A DNA stretch of 64,000 bases from positions 7,351-71,350 of the forward strand of contig CAZLNP010000003.1 in NCBI GenBank assembly GCA_964561085.1, given 5' to 3'. Shown one piece after another: positions 1 through 9,975 of this stretch (positions within the stretch are counted from its first letter, which is position 1; each line of letters opens with the position of its first letter). The notes beneath the pieces are model-generated. The model did not search any database. It was not told the origin of the DNA and was given only the letters and a program-made list of their open reading frames with translations. Origin of the DNA: an uncultured Candidatus Saccharibacteria bacterium. GTDB lineage: Bacteria > Patescibacteriota > Doudnabacteria > UBA920. A program made the translations under genes and the position numbers.

Positions 1-360
1 AAACTGATTGCGAAGGGCAAGCTGCTCATCTGTTAAATTTCTTCCCAAAGCATAGTGGCTCTTAATCTCTGCTAAAAACTTTTCGCCTGCTGCGTTTTGG
101 TCATATAAAAGCCTAGCTGATTGCAACGTACCATCAAAGTGCTTCAAGGCAGTAACAAGATCTAGTGGATAGTGGTATAAACCTAAATCCAGGCTTTCTC
201 CTTCAAACTCAAAACTGTCACTTTTAGATTCACCGTTAATCAGGCAAGCAATGTCCCAATCACTATGCTCTTTTGCAACATCTGTTGCTCTTGAGCCATA
301 CAAAATAATTGCTAAAGGATTATATTTTTCCTTGATATGATCAACGATTTTATCTTCCAT
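1..360 (-). CDS. Nucleotidyltransferase-domain protein (partial; 5' part in window, continues past window start)
   Basis: Minus-strand reading frame from ATG at ~358-360: MEDKIVDHIKEKYNPLAIILYGSRATDVAKEHSDWDIACLI... The GS...D.D pattern is typical of minimal nucleotidyltransferases. No stop codon before the window edge. Not in the ORF track because it is truncated. Confidence 0.5.
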   Translation of the reverse strand, partial: MEDKIVDHIKEKYNPLAIILYGSRATDVAKEHSDWDIACLINGESKSDSFEFEGESLDLGLYHYPLDLVTALKHFDGTLQSARLLYDQNAAGEKFLAEIKSHYALGRNLTDEQLALRNQF

Positions 361-366
361 GAATAT

Positions 367-1380
367 CTATTTAATAGACAAAATACTCTTCTTGTAACTA
401 TCCAAGTGATCGAGCGCTACCCCTGTCCCCTTTGCTACACAAAGCAACGGTTCTTCGGCAACGTAACAAGGCACGCCCACTGCCTGAGAAATATAATGAT
501 CTAAATTACGAAGCTGAGCAGTGCCGCCGGTCATAATCATGCCTTTATCTATAATATCACTAGCTAATTCTGGTGGAGTGTCTTGCAAAACAATTTTTAC
601 AGCGCGAACCATTTCTTTTAGCTCTTCTTGAATTGCTTCTACAACTTCGTTTGTAGAAAGAGTGACAGTCTTTGGTAAACCAGAAATGTTATCGCGTCCT
701 TTAATTTCCATTACTTCTTCTTCAGGCAAAGCCAATGCGGATCCAATAGTGATTTTGATATCTTCAGCGGTACGATCACCAATTGCCAAGCTATATTTTT
801 TGCGCACATACTCGATAATAGCTGCATCCAAACGGTTGCCAGCAACGCGAACAGAAGTTGAATTTACAATTCCACCCAAACTCAAAACAGCAACATCGGT
901 TGTGCCGCCGCCCATATCGATAATTAAATTACCGCTTGCAGAAGAAATTGGAATCCCAGCACCGATAGCTGCAGCAACAGTTTCCTTAATTACAAAAGCA
1001 GACTTTGCGCCAGCGGCTACAGCTGCATCAATTACAGCGCGACGCTCAGTAGAAGTTATCCCCCCTGGAACGGAGATCATAACTTCTGGACGGAAAAAGC
1101 GAACTTTCCCTAAAGCCTTATTAATGAAGTAACGAAGCATGGCTTCTGTGACTCGATAGTCTGCAATTACTCCATCTTTCATGGGTCGACTAGCAACAAT
1201 AGTTTCAGGCGTGCGGCCGAGCATCTCTTTTGCTTCCTGACCCACAGCCAAAACGCGGTTATCTTCAAGGGAAATAGCCACGACAGTTGGTTCGTTTATA
1301 ACGATGCCTTTTTTGGGAAAATGCACTAGCGTATTTGCTGTGCCTAAGTCGATTCCGATTTTGCTTTGGAACATATACAT
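367..1380 (-). CDS. mreB: Rod shape-determining actin homolog MreB
   Basis: 337 aa. N-terminus IGIDLGTANTLV and overall actin/MreB-like sequence. Confidence 0.9.
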   Translation of the reverse strand: MYMFQSKIGIDLGTANTLVHFPKKGIVINEPTVVAISLEDNRVLAVGQEAKEMLGRTPETIVASRPMKDGVIADYRVTEAMLRYFINKALGKVRFFRPEVMISVPGGITSTERRAVIDAAVAAGAKSAFVIKETVAAAIGAGIPISSASGNLIIDMGGGTTDVAVLSLGGIVNSTSVRVAGNRLDAAIIEYVRKKYSLAIGDRTAEDIKITIGSALALPEEEVMEIKGRDNISGLPKTVTLSTNEVVEAIQEELKEMVRAVKIVLQDTPPELASDIIDKGMIMTGGTAQLRNLDHYISQAVGVPCYVAEEPLLCVAKGTGVALDHLDSYKKSILSIK

Positions 1381-2739
1381 ACAAGTATAGCTGAGCTAGC
1401 CCTCTTCAGCAACACCCCAAAACCTGCTATAATTAGCACACTTATGAAAAAATCTTCCCGCTATTTATTGATTGGATTCGGCTTTGTCGTATTCTTTGTT
1501 ATTGCTCCCCTGTTAATCTTGTACGTGAGTGGCACAAAACTTCACCTAGATAGCAGGAACGCTAGCTCTACAGGAATCCTAGATGTTAAATCAGAACCAA
1601 GTGGGGCCCAAGTCTCAGTAAACGATGATGAGAAAGGCGCCACCCCGACTACGGTCAGATTCCTTACTCAAGGTGAATACCTAGTAACAATTTCGAAAGA
1701 AGGTTATTACGATTGGAGCAAGCGACTTCCGATAGAATCAGGCCAAGTGAGATTTGCACAAGAAGGTGTAGATGTAGTGCAGCTCATCAAAAAGTCTACT
1801 GAAACTATAATCTCACCCAACAATGTTTCCAGTTTTCTTCTAGCTGGCGATACTATTTGGTTCGCGCAAAACAATAATCTTGTGTACGCTCCACTCAATG
1901 AGCCAACCAAGCAAACTACTCTTAATAATGTTTTCACTGCTCCAGGAAATATATGGCTTTTACGTGATAAGAAACATATTTTAGTTCCTAACGGCAAGCA
2001 GTCTGTACTAATCAATAGTAGCTCAAAAATTGTATCCACTCTTCCTTTTGAAGTAACAAGAGACTGGCAAATCCAAACTCCATCAGATGACATTGTAATT
2101 TATGGTGATGGCGGCACTTTAACTTCGTACAACCTTAATACAAAGGTTTCTACTCAAGTAAAGTCTGGAGTTAGAGCTTTCACAATGATAAACAACACTG
2201 CCTATTTTGCTCGTACTGACGGGGTAATTAGTAGTGCTGTCTGGAATGGAACGAATTTTACAGATGAGCAAGCTATCAGCAATAATGTTCAACTAGATAA
2301 GTCTAATGTAAGTTTAATTATCACAGATAGAAAAGAGCTTTTCTTAGACAATGCTGGAAGTGGTTTTTACAGAGTGGGTCCTGTTTTAGACCAAATCGTG
2401 TCTCGAGTAGATAAAGCTTTGCTTGATCCAATTACAAACGAAATGACTTTGCAAGTTGCAGGTGAACTATGGTTTTATAATTTCCTAACCAACAAGCCTC
2501 AACTTCTAACTCGTAGTACTGAGCAGGTTTCCAGTTTCTTTATCCGTTCTAGTATTGGCTATGGATTTGTTGGAAGCGCTTCCGGCTTAGAAATTGTTGA
2601 AATAGACACTCGCGACAAACAAAACCGTTATAAAATAATTTCTAACAAACCAGTCTACCAAATTGCAATTACTGCAAATCAAAAAACCGTCTTGGCATTG
2701 CAAGACGGCGCGCTAGTGATGCTTGAGTTAAGAGACTAG
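1366..2739 (+). CDS. Membrane-anchored PEGA-domain protein (hypothetical)
   Basis: 457 aa. N-terminal TM helix. PEGA-like segment (ILDVKSEPSGAQVSVND...GEYLVTISKEGYYDW). Remainder beta-rich. Function unknown. Confidence 0.5.
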   Translation: MEHIHTSIAELALFSNTPKPAIISTLMKKSSRYLLIGFGFVVFFVIAPLLILYVSGTKLHLDSRNASSTGILDVKSEPSGAQVSVNDDEKGATPTTVRFLTQGEYLVTISKEGYYDWSKRLPIESGQVRFAQEGVDVVQLIKKSTETIISPNNVSSFLLAGDTIWFAQNNNLVYAPLNEPTKQTTLNNVFTAPGNIWLLRDKKHILVPNGKQSVLINSSSKIVSTLPFEVTRDWQIQTPSDDIVIYGDGGTLTSYNLNTKVSTQVKSGVRAFTMINNTAYFARTDGVISSAVWNGTNFTDEQAISNNVQLDKSNVSLIITDRKELFLDNAGSGFYRVGPVLDQIVSRVDKALLDPITNEMTLQVAGELWFYNFLTNKPQLLTRSTEQVSSFFIRSSIGYGFVGSASGLEIVEIDTRDKQNRYKIISNKPVYQIAITANQKTVLALQDGALVMLELRD

Positions 2740-3146
2740 GCCAAGTGCTCGTCTAAAGCTTTGTTAACCTGAGCATCCGCTTCTTTATTGAATTCCCGGC
2801 GAACATGAACAAAAGTGTAGCCATCAAATTTTTTCAACAATGAAATTACCTTAGCAGCCAGTTCTTGTAGAACTGGTTGTTTTATTTTATAGATTCCTTG
2901 CATCTGCTTGACTATAAGTTCTGAATCCATTTGTATGCGCAAATTGGTGCCACCCAAATTTACTGATTCTTCTAGGGCTTTAATCAAAGCGCTATACTCT
3001 GCCACGTTATTAGTTGTCTCACCAATGTAAGCACCATGGGAATACAACAACTCACCTTTATCATCTTTAATTACTAAACCAATCCCAGCCGGTCCTGGAT
3101 TCCCTCTCGCACCGCCATCAGTATTAATTACTAGTAGTTTCGCCAT
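2736..3146 (-). CDS. rnhA: Ribonuclease HI
   Basis: 136 aa. INTDGGARGNPGPAGIG...AEYSALIKALE, the RNase H fold signature. Confidence 0.8.
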   Translation of the reverse strand: MAKLLVINTDGGARGNPGPAGIGLVIKDDKGELLYSHGAYIGETTNNVAEYSALIKALEESVNLGGTNLRIQMDSELIVKQMQGIYKIKQPVLQELAAKVISLLKKFDGYTFVHVRREFNKEADAQVNKALDEHLA

Positions 3147-5004
3147 TTGTTTGATTAATTATTTCCTTATTTATTTCTGCTGTGGTATTGGACAGGTTCT
3201 GAGCAACAACTTGAAGCTCCTTCTCTGCTTCGGCGATTTCTTTATCTGCTTCGGTAACTATTTGCACTTCTTTCACTTCTTCAAAATGAACATCTATCAA
3301 TCTCATTTTTAACTTCTTGATTCCCTGCCAAGTATCAACCATAAGTTCTCCTGCCACGGAAATCTTTGCACCGTAATCTAACCTTGGCGCTAAGTAAGCC
3401 ATGCTAAACCCAATACAGTCTATAGTCGTGTCGCCTATAACAATTTTTAACTGCAAATGTTGTTGGGTCTGACCAACTGCCTTAAACCCTTCAACCTTAG
3501 CATCGTTAATTGCAAAAATTGGTCTAGTATTGCCCGCTCCATACGGCTCAAGCAATAGCACATCTTCATACGCTGGCAATGTTAAGTCATTTTCAGTAAG
3601 TTCTGCATCTATGTTTAGAGTAGCAGGGCCAGACTCCATAGGATGAGCGTCGGCGTATCTTAATATTGCACCGTACAAAACCTCAAGCTCCGAAGTTTTG
3701 GCAGTTAACCCAGCAGCTTGCTTGTGGCCACCGAACTTTACTAAATGTTCTTGCACAGCCTTTAAGCATTCTACTATATCAAAACTGCTTGTACCCACGC
3801 GAGCAGAGCCAGTACTCTCAGTCTCGCCTCGCTCTAAAACAATCGCTGGTTTGTTGTACAGATCGGCAATCCGGCCAGCAACGATTCCTACTAATCCTTT
3901 TGCCCATTCATCACTATGAAGAAGTAGAACTTTTCTGTCTCCAAGTAACTCCGCTTGCTCACGCGCCTCAGAAACAATTCGATTCGTTAAATCTCGTCGA
4001 CGGCGATTAATATCTTCCAAACGATTCGCTAAAGTAATGGCTTCCGCAAAGTCTGTGGCTACCAGCAAAGCCAATGCAACATCCGCGTGTTCTAAACGAC
4101 CAGCGGCATTAATTCTCGGCGCAATTGTAAAGCCAATAGTCTGACTGTCTATATTATCTTTTAAAATATCGATGCCGGCGTTTTCTATTAACTGACGAAG
4201 TCCAAGCCATTTAGTTTTCTGCATTACTTTTAAACCAAACTTCACTAATATTCTGTTCTCGCCCATCAAAGAATGACAGTCCGCAACAGTACCAATTGCA
4301 ACTAAATCTAACAGCCATTTATCCCATTCAGGCTGATAGTCTTCTGGTTCAATTTGTTTTTGCTCAATAACTTTTTCTGCCTGCATCAGCAAAGCCTTGG
4401 CCAGCTTGTAAGATACCCCAACGCCAGTAATCTGATCATCAGGATAAACTTCTTCGGGGTTCTTCGGATTAATTAGCGCAAAACTTTCTGGAGTTGCTCC
4501 AGTAATCTCGTGGTGATCGGTAATAATTAAGTCAATTTCATTCGCATCACAAAATTCAGCTACATCAACAGAGTTTGTACCACAATCAACAGTAATAACC
4601 AAGTTTACACCTTGATCTTTAATTTTCTGGAAAGCTTCTAAATTTAAGCCATAACCTTCCGCGAAACGGTCCGGAATATAGCTAGCGACGTCCACGCCTA
4701 AGTATCTAAAAGTTTGCTGCAGGACGGCGTTGGCCGTGACAGCATCGGCATCATAGTCAGCGTAAACTAAAATTTTCTCTTTATTCTCAATTGCCTCCCA
4801 AATTCGATCCACTGCAATCCCCATATCTGTGAATAAAAACGGGTCATAGAGATTATGATAGTCTGGGTTCAAAAACCACTCTACTCTATCTTGTGAATCT
4901 ATTCCCCGAGAATACAACAATTGGGTCACTAAACTACGCAATTCAGGAAATTGCTCAAGAATCTCTTTGGGGGCGGCTGGCTGAATTTGCCATTCTTTAC
5001 TCAT
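3124..5004 (-). CDS. recJ: Single-stranded-DNA-specific exonuclease RecJ
   Basis: 626 aa. DHH family motifs (ITDHHE, DADAV), DHHA1-like C-terminal region. Overlaps rnhA by ~23 nt. Confidence 0.85.
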   Translation of the reverse strand: MSKEWQIQPAAPKEILEQFPELRSLVTQLLYSRGIDSQDRVEWFLNPDYHNLYDPFLFTDMGIAVDRIWEAIENKEKILVYADYDADAVTANAVLQQTFRYLGVDVASYIPDRFAEGYGLNLEAFQKIKDQGVNLVITVDCGTNSVDVAEFCDANEIDLIITDHHEITGATPESFALINPKNPEEVYPDDQITGVGVSYKLAKALLMQAEKVIEQKQIEPEDYQPEWDKWLLDLVAIGTVADCHSLMGENRILVKFGLKVMQKTKWLGLRQLIENAGIDILKDNIDSQTIGFTIAPRINAAGRLEHADVALALLVATDFAEAITLANRLEDINRRRRDLTNRIVSEAREQAELLGDRKVLLLHSDEWAKGLVGIVAGRIADLYNKPAIVLERGETESTGSARVGTSSFDIVECLKAVQEHLVKFGGHKQAAGLTAKTSELEVLYGAILRYADAHPMESGPATLNIDAELTENDLTLPAYEDVLLLEPYGAGNTRPIFAINDAKVEGFKAVGQTQQHLQLKIVIGDTTIDCIGFSMAYLAPRLDYGAKISVAGELMVDTWQGIKKLKMRLIDVHFEEVKEVQIVTEADKEIAEAEKELQVVAQNLSNTTAEINKEIINQTNGETTSN

Positions 5005-5022
5005 GTTTGAATAATAGCATAG

Positions 5023-6645
5023 CTACCCGACCTGCTCTAGGGTCGGAAGTAAGCTGACTCCATTCATTTCTTCAGGTTTTGGCAAACCCATTAGCTCTAA
5101 TATAGTCGGGGCAACATCGGAGACAACTCCAACTGGTACGTGACTAGATAGCGCTGAATAATTTCTTTCTTTAGGATTTTCAAATTCAAATTCCTTGGCA
5201 ATTAGCAAGAACGGTACTGGGCTAGTTGAATGTTCTTTATCGATGCCACCACTTTTCAAATTAATCATAGACTCGATGTTGCCATGATCTGCAGTAATAA
5301 TTAATACTGCATCAACCGACAAAACTGCTTCTACTATTTGTTGTAAGAATCTATCGATGTACTGCACTGCTTTAATCCCCGACAACAAATTTCCAGTATG
5401 CCCCACCATATCTGGGTTAGCATAATTGGCTAAATAGAAATTAAAGTTTTCATTTTTAATTTTATCTACAAGGACTTCGGTCAGCTCCGGTCCCGACATT
5501 TCTGGGTGAGCCGCGTAATTTTTATTATTTTCAGGGCTTGTAACAATTTTGCGTTCTTCTCCGACTAAAGGCTCAGTGCGACCGCCGTTGAAAAAAGATG
5601 TAACGTGCGCATACTTCTCACTTTCCGCAATATGAAATTGAGTGAGTTTATTTTTTGAAATAATTTCGGCTAGGTTGTTTTGTAAATTAATCGGAGGGAA
5701 CGCCACGTGCACAGGCAATCCAAAAAAATACTCACTCATGGTAACAAAGTACAAATTAGGAATTACAGCATGCTTGGCAGGGACATCCATCACTTCCGGC
5801 TGAACGAACGCTTGAGTTAATTGCAAGGCACGATCAGAACGATAGTTGAAAAATATCACTGCGTCATTCTCAGTGATTTGAGCTACTGGATGCATCCCAC
5901 TTTCCCCTGCTTCACGCTCAATGATGGCGGTTGGAGGAATCATTTCATCATAAATATTCTGGTTATACGAATTCAAGATAGCGTCCTCAGGAGAATCAGC
6001 AGCAACTCCAGCGCCAGATACCATTGCTTGATACGTCATCTCTGTTTGATCCCAGTGATTTGCTCTATCCATAGCATAAAAACGTCCTGCAATAGTCGCA
6101 ATTTTACCAACACCTATTTCTTTAATTTTATGATTTAGTTTCTTTAAGGTATCGTACGCGTCTTTTTCTCCAGCATCACGACCATCTGTGAACATGTGAA
6201 TATAGACTTGTTCAATTTTTTGCGCTGCCGCTAAGCCTAGTAAAGCAAACAAATGATCTTCACTACTATGAACACCGCCACCACTAACCATACCAATTAA
6301 ATGAAGCTTAGAAGAGTTCTTCTTAACGTGTTCACACGCACCTAACAAAGCTTTGTTATCAAAAAAAGTTCTATCTTGAATAGCCGCATTAATTCTCGGA
6401 AGATCCTGTCCCACAATACGCCCAGCACCAATATTTAAATGACCTACTTCAGAATTACCAACTTCACCCCATGGCAAACCCACCACCGGTCCGGAAGCTA
6501 GTAAAGTGATAGACGGATAGTGCGCAACAATATTATCTAAAGAATCAGGTTGGGCTAAAGCAATAGCATTACCATGACTATATGAAGCAACGCCGAAACC
6601 ATCCAGCACAATCAATACTACTTTTTTGTAAGTCTTTTGATCCAT
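5023..6645 (-). CDS. gpmI: 2,3-bisphosphoglycerate-independent phosphoglycerate mutase
   Basis: 540 aa. N-terminus VVLIVLDGFG and C-terminal ITADHGN, typical of iPGM. Confidence 0.9.
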   Translation of the reverse strand: MDQKTYKKVVLIVLDGFGVASYSHGNAIALAQPDSLDNIVAHYPSITLLASGPVVGLPWGEVGNSEVGHLNIGAGRIVGQDLPRINAAIQDRTFFDNKALLGACEHVKKNSSKLHLIGMVSGGGVHSSEDHLFALLGLAAAQKIEQVYIHMFTDGRDAGEKDAYDTLKKLNHKIKEIGVGKIATIAGRFYAMDRANHWDQTEMTYQAMVSGAGVAADSPEDAILNSYNQNIYDEMIPPTAIIEREAGESGMHPVAQITENDAVIFFNYRSDRALQLTQAFVQPEVMDVPAKHAVIPNLYFVTMSEYFFGLPVHVAFPPINLQNNLAEIISKNKLTQFHIAESEKYAHVTSFFNGGRTEPLVGEERKIVTSPENNKNYAAHPEMSGPELTEVLVDKIKNENFNFYLANYANPDMVGHTGNLLSGIKAVQYIDRFLQQIVEAVLSVDAVLIITADHGNIESMINLKSGGIDKEHSTSPVPFLLIAKEFEFENPKERNYSALSSHVPVGVVSDVAPTILELMGLPKPEEMNGVSLLPTLEQVG

Positions 6646-6649
6646 ATGA

Positions 6650-6877
6650 CTAATCTACGCGACTAAAACGGGGTACTTCAACGTTGTCCACAGTCACAGT
6701 TTCTTCAAAAGAAGGAACAGGCCTGACCCACAAATCAGACATTTCATTTTCGTATAAAGCTTTATAAATTACCACTGGTTCTTCAGTGGTTTCAAATATC
6801 CCAACACCAATAACTTCGTAACGACCACCTTTATAGTGCTCGTAAATACCTGGGGTAATTTTAGTATCAACAGCCAT
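6650..6877 (-). CDS. DUF1653-like small protein
   Basis: 75 aa. GIYEHYKGGRYEVIGVG...VVIYKALYEN...LWVRPV matches the DUF1653 pattern. Start codon overlaps the eno stop (translational coupling). Confidence 0.6.
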   Translation of the reverse strand: MAVDTKITPGIYEHYKGGRYEVIGVGIFETTEEPVVIYKALYENEMSDLWVRPVPSFEETVTVDNVEVPRFSRVD

Positions 6878-8136
6878 TATCTTTTTCCTTTCAATTCCAA
6901 TTCTATCGCCATCAAGCGATTATACTTTGCCAAGCGCTCACCACGAGAAAGACTTCCAGCTTTAATATAGTCAGCAGAAACAGCAACTGCTAGGTCCGCG
7001 ATAAAATCATCCATCGTCTCCCCGCTTCGGTGAGACATAATAACTTGGTAGCCATACTTTTTAGCTAGTTTAATCGCATCTATAGTTTCAGAGACAGAGC
7101 CGATTTGATTTGGCTTAATTAGAACAGCGTTCGCTATTCCTGCAATAATCCCTTTTTCGATTCTTTGCGCATTAGTGACGAATAGGTCATCACCAACAAG
7201 GATTGTTTTATGTCCTAGTGCCGAAGTCAACTTTTGCCATCCGGCGAAATCATCTTCCGCACATCCATCTTCAATAATTTTTAGTCCAAAATCTGCAATC
7301 CATTTTGCATACAACTTGTATACACTAGATGGTTTAAAATTTTTGCGATCTGCGCTAAGTCTATAGATTTCTTTATCTGCATCGAAAAATTCACTCGCTG
7401 CGGCATCTATTCCCAAAGCGAAATCTTTCTTTAATTTGAATCCAGCCTTCTCGATAGATTGCACAAGAACACGCATGGCTTTTTTGTTTGTACCAATCTT
7501 TGGAGCAAAGCCACCTTCATCTCCTACTCCTATGCTCAAACCCTTGCTTACTAACATTTTCTTTAATTCACCGATTACAGCATGAGATTTTTGGATTTTC
7601 TCAGAAAAACTACCACGCAAAGGAATAATGAAAAACTCTTGTACATCTAAACCTGAATCCGCATGCACACCTCCATTAATTACATTTAGCAGTGGTGTTG
7701 GTAACTCTAAGTTTTTAAAATTATATTGATTAGCCAAATGTTTATATAAAGGCCTACCAGCTAACTGTGATGACAAACGAGCAGCCGCTAAGGACACAGA
7801 TAAAATCGCATTAGCGCCTAACTTTGCTTTGTTAGGAGTTTTATCTGCCAAAATCATAAGCTCATCAAGTGCTCTAAGATTACTCAGAGATTTACCTTTA
7901 ATAAGCTTAAATATTTTAGTGTTTACATTCGCACAAGCTTTTTTCACCCCTAAACCGCCATAGCATTTTTTATCGCCGTCACGAAGCTCTAAAGCCTCAT
8001 GGACGCCTGTTGATGCACCACTCGGCACACTGGCAGTGGCATGCACCAAACCTGACCAAATTGTTGTTTCAATGGTTGGATTGCCACGGCTATCTAAAAT
8101 TTCACGCGCTTCTATGCGAGTAATTGTATTTTTCAT
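6877..8136 (-). CDS. eno: Enolase
   Basis: 419 aa. N-terminus ITRIEAREILDSRGNPTIE, SHRSGETMD near the C-terminus. Confidence 0.95.
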   Translation of the reverse strand: MKNTITRIEAREILDSRGNPTIETTIWSGLVHATASVPSGASTGVHEALELRDGDKKCYGGLGVKKACANVNTKIFKLIKGKSLSNLRALDELMILADKTPNKAKLGANAILSVSLAAARLSSQLAGRPLYKHLANQYNFKNLELPTPLLNVINGGVHADSGLDVQEFFIIPLRGSFSEKIQKSHAVIGELKKMLVSKGLSIGVGDEGGFAPKIGTNKKAMRVLVQSIEKAGFKLKKDFALGIDAAASEFFDADKEIYRLSADRKNFKPSSVYKLYAKWIADFGLKIIEDGCAEDDFAGWQKLTSALGHKTILVGDDLFVTNAQRIEKGIIAGIANAVLIKPNQIGSVSETIDAIKLAKKYGYQVIMSHRSGETMDDFIADLAVAVSADYIKAGSLSRGERLAKYNRLMAIELELKGKR

Positions 8137-8322
8137 TTTTATTTCAGGTGACCTTGTTATATTATAGGTCTGAAAAAGATAATGATCTTCCCGTTTAGTG
8201 ATTGCGAAATGTTCTTAATGAATGTTTTGCGAAAACTAACCTGATCGTTATCTTTTTCTTTTTTATTTGTTTCTCTTCTGTCTCTAAAGTGTTTATATTA
8301 TACCACATTTATATCGAAAATA

Positions 8323-8360
8323 AAAAACTGCTTAGCGTAGAATTATGATTTTCTAACTAA
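8323..8360. terminator. Bidirectional intrinsic terminator between pgk and eno
   Basis: Hairpin ctgcttag...ctaagcag flanked by an A-run on one side and a T-run on the other. On the minus strand it follows the pgk stop. Confidence 0.5.
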
Positions 8361-8369
8361 GCAGTTTTT

Positions 8370-9602
8370 TTATTTTTTTATCAAAGCTTCAATGCCCGGC
8401 AACTTATTGCCAGCAAGATATTCAAGCATAGCCCCACCACCAGTAGACACATGGTCGATGTATTCAAATTGATGCGCCTGGCGAATAGCGGCAACTGTTT
8501 CTCCACCACCTGCAACTCCGAAAGCTTTGCCTTTACTGACTGAACCAACTATTTTAGCTAGCGCCATGCTTCCGGTGCGGAATGGTCTTTTCTCAAAATA
8601 GCCAACAGGTCCATTCCAGCAAATTGTTTTAGCAGTTTTTAAAATCTTGGAATATTCTAAAATTGTTTTTGGTCCAATATCACAAATTTTCTCAGTTCTA
8701 CCAATGTCGAAGCGTTCTTTTACAATGGCTGTCTCTTTAGGATTCTGCGTATCGAACACGGCAAAGTCTTTTGGAAGAACCAACTTATCTTTAAAATTTT
8801 TCATGATTGTCCACGCCAGTTGCTGACTCTCTTTTTCCACAACAGATTCACCCACTTCTAAACCTTCAGCGGCCATAAATACGTTTGCTAAACCACCGCC
8901 AACTAAAATTTTATCTGCTTTACGACCTAGCTTTTCTAAAAGCTTAGCTTTATCGGAAATTTTAATTCCACCCATCATCAAAATAAAAGGGCTTTGAGCT
9001 TTATTGGAGATGTAATCTAAATTTTTAATCTCTCTTTCTAGAGACGGGCCCACAAAAGATGGCAGACATTTCGTGATAGCAACATTTGAAGCAGCTGGGC
9101 GATGAGCAACCGCAAAAGCGTCATCTACATAAACTTCACCGAGGCTACATAGAACATGAGCAAACTTTTCGTCATTTGCATCTTCACCCGGATAGAAGCG
9201 CAAGTTTTCAAGCATAACTATATCTTTTGATTGCATGCTCTTTACAGATTCTTGAACGGATTTCTTTTGAATATCTCCCTTAATAAATACAAGATGATCA
9301 ATCGGATAATTTAATTTTTCATCTTCTGTCTCAACAAATTTAACATTAAGCAATTCAGCCAAGCATTTTGCCATCGGCCCTAAAGACATGTTCTCGTTCC
9401 ACTTTCCTTCAGGACGACCTGCATGAGAAAGAACAATTACCTTTGCATTGTGTTTTCTCAAAAATTGAATAGTCGGCACAATAGATTGCACTCTAAAGTT
9501 ATCTATTAGTTTGCCATTCTCATCTACTTCCTCATTTAAATCAACACGCAATAAAACCGTCTTACTTTCAATATCTGCTGATTTTAGGTAATTATAGGCC
9601 AT
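8370..9602 (-). CDS. pgk: Phosphoglycerate kinase
   Basis: 410 aa. VLLRVDLN and SHAGRP near the N-terminus, GGGA...STGGGAMLE in the C-terminal region. Confidence 0.9.
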   Translation of the reverse strand: MAYNYLKSADIESKTVLLRVDLNEEVDENGKLIDNFRVQSIVPTIQFLRKHNAKVIVLSHAGRPEGKWNENMSLGPMAKCLAELLNVKFVETEDEKLNYPIDHLVFIKGDIQKKSVQESVKSMQSKDIVMLENLRFYPGEDANDEKFAHVLCSLGEVYVDDAFAVAHRPAASNVAITKCLPSFVGPSLEREIKNLDYISNKAQSPFILMMGGIKISDKAKLLEKLGRKADKILVGGGLANVFMAAEGLEVGESVVEKESQQLAWTIMKNFKDKLVLPKDFAVFDTQNPKETAIVKERFDIGRTEKICDIGPKTILEYSKILKTAKTICWNGPVGYFEKRPFRTGSMALAKIVGSVSKGKAFGVAGGGETVAAIRQAHQFEYIDHVSTGGGAMLEYLAGNKLPGIEALIKK

Positions 9603-9679
9603 TTTTGTGTTTTTATCCTTGACTTTAAGTAAGTTTTATGATTTAATATAGTTAACTAGTTCGGAGGAACTTATAATCT

Positions 9680-9904
9680 ATGGCAATCAAAAAATTCAAC
9701 GTTCGCATAGTATTCGGGATTATTTTAACTCTACTTGGGTTATCATTTCTCGCAATGCTAGCATGTGGGTTAATGGGAATTATTTCGAAGCCAGGTGAAT
9801 CTCACTTTGTTTCGATTGTATTCTCATCAGTAGGACTTGGTTTACTCGCTGCATGCTGTTTTGTTACAGGAATGGGCGAATTCAAATCAAATTCTAAAAA
9901 CTAA
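9680..9904 (+). CDS. Small two-TM membrane protein (hypothetical)
   Basis: 74 aa. Good RBS (GGAGGAA). Two hydrophobic helices. Followed by a hairpin plus T-rich tract (~9919-9958). Confidence 0.4.
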   Translation: MAIKKFNVRIVFGIILTLLGLSFLAMLACGLMGIISKPGESHFVSIVFSSVGLGLLAACCFVTGMGEFKSNSKN

Positions 9905-9975
9905 ATGGAAGCATTCACGAGCCGACGGTATCCCCCATACCTCGGCTTTTAAATTTACATAATTTTATTTAATCA

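Noticed and set aside
662-2093. ORFs 662..1132 (plus) and 1707..2093 (minus)
   Set aside because: They lie entirely antisense within mreB and the PEGA-protein gene, have low-complexity composition and no RBS. They are spurious.
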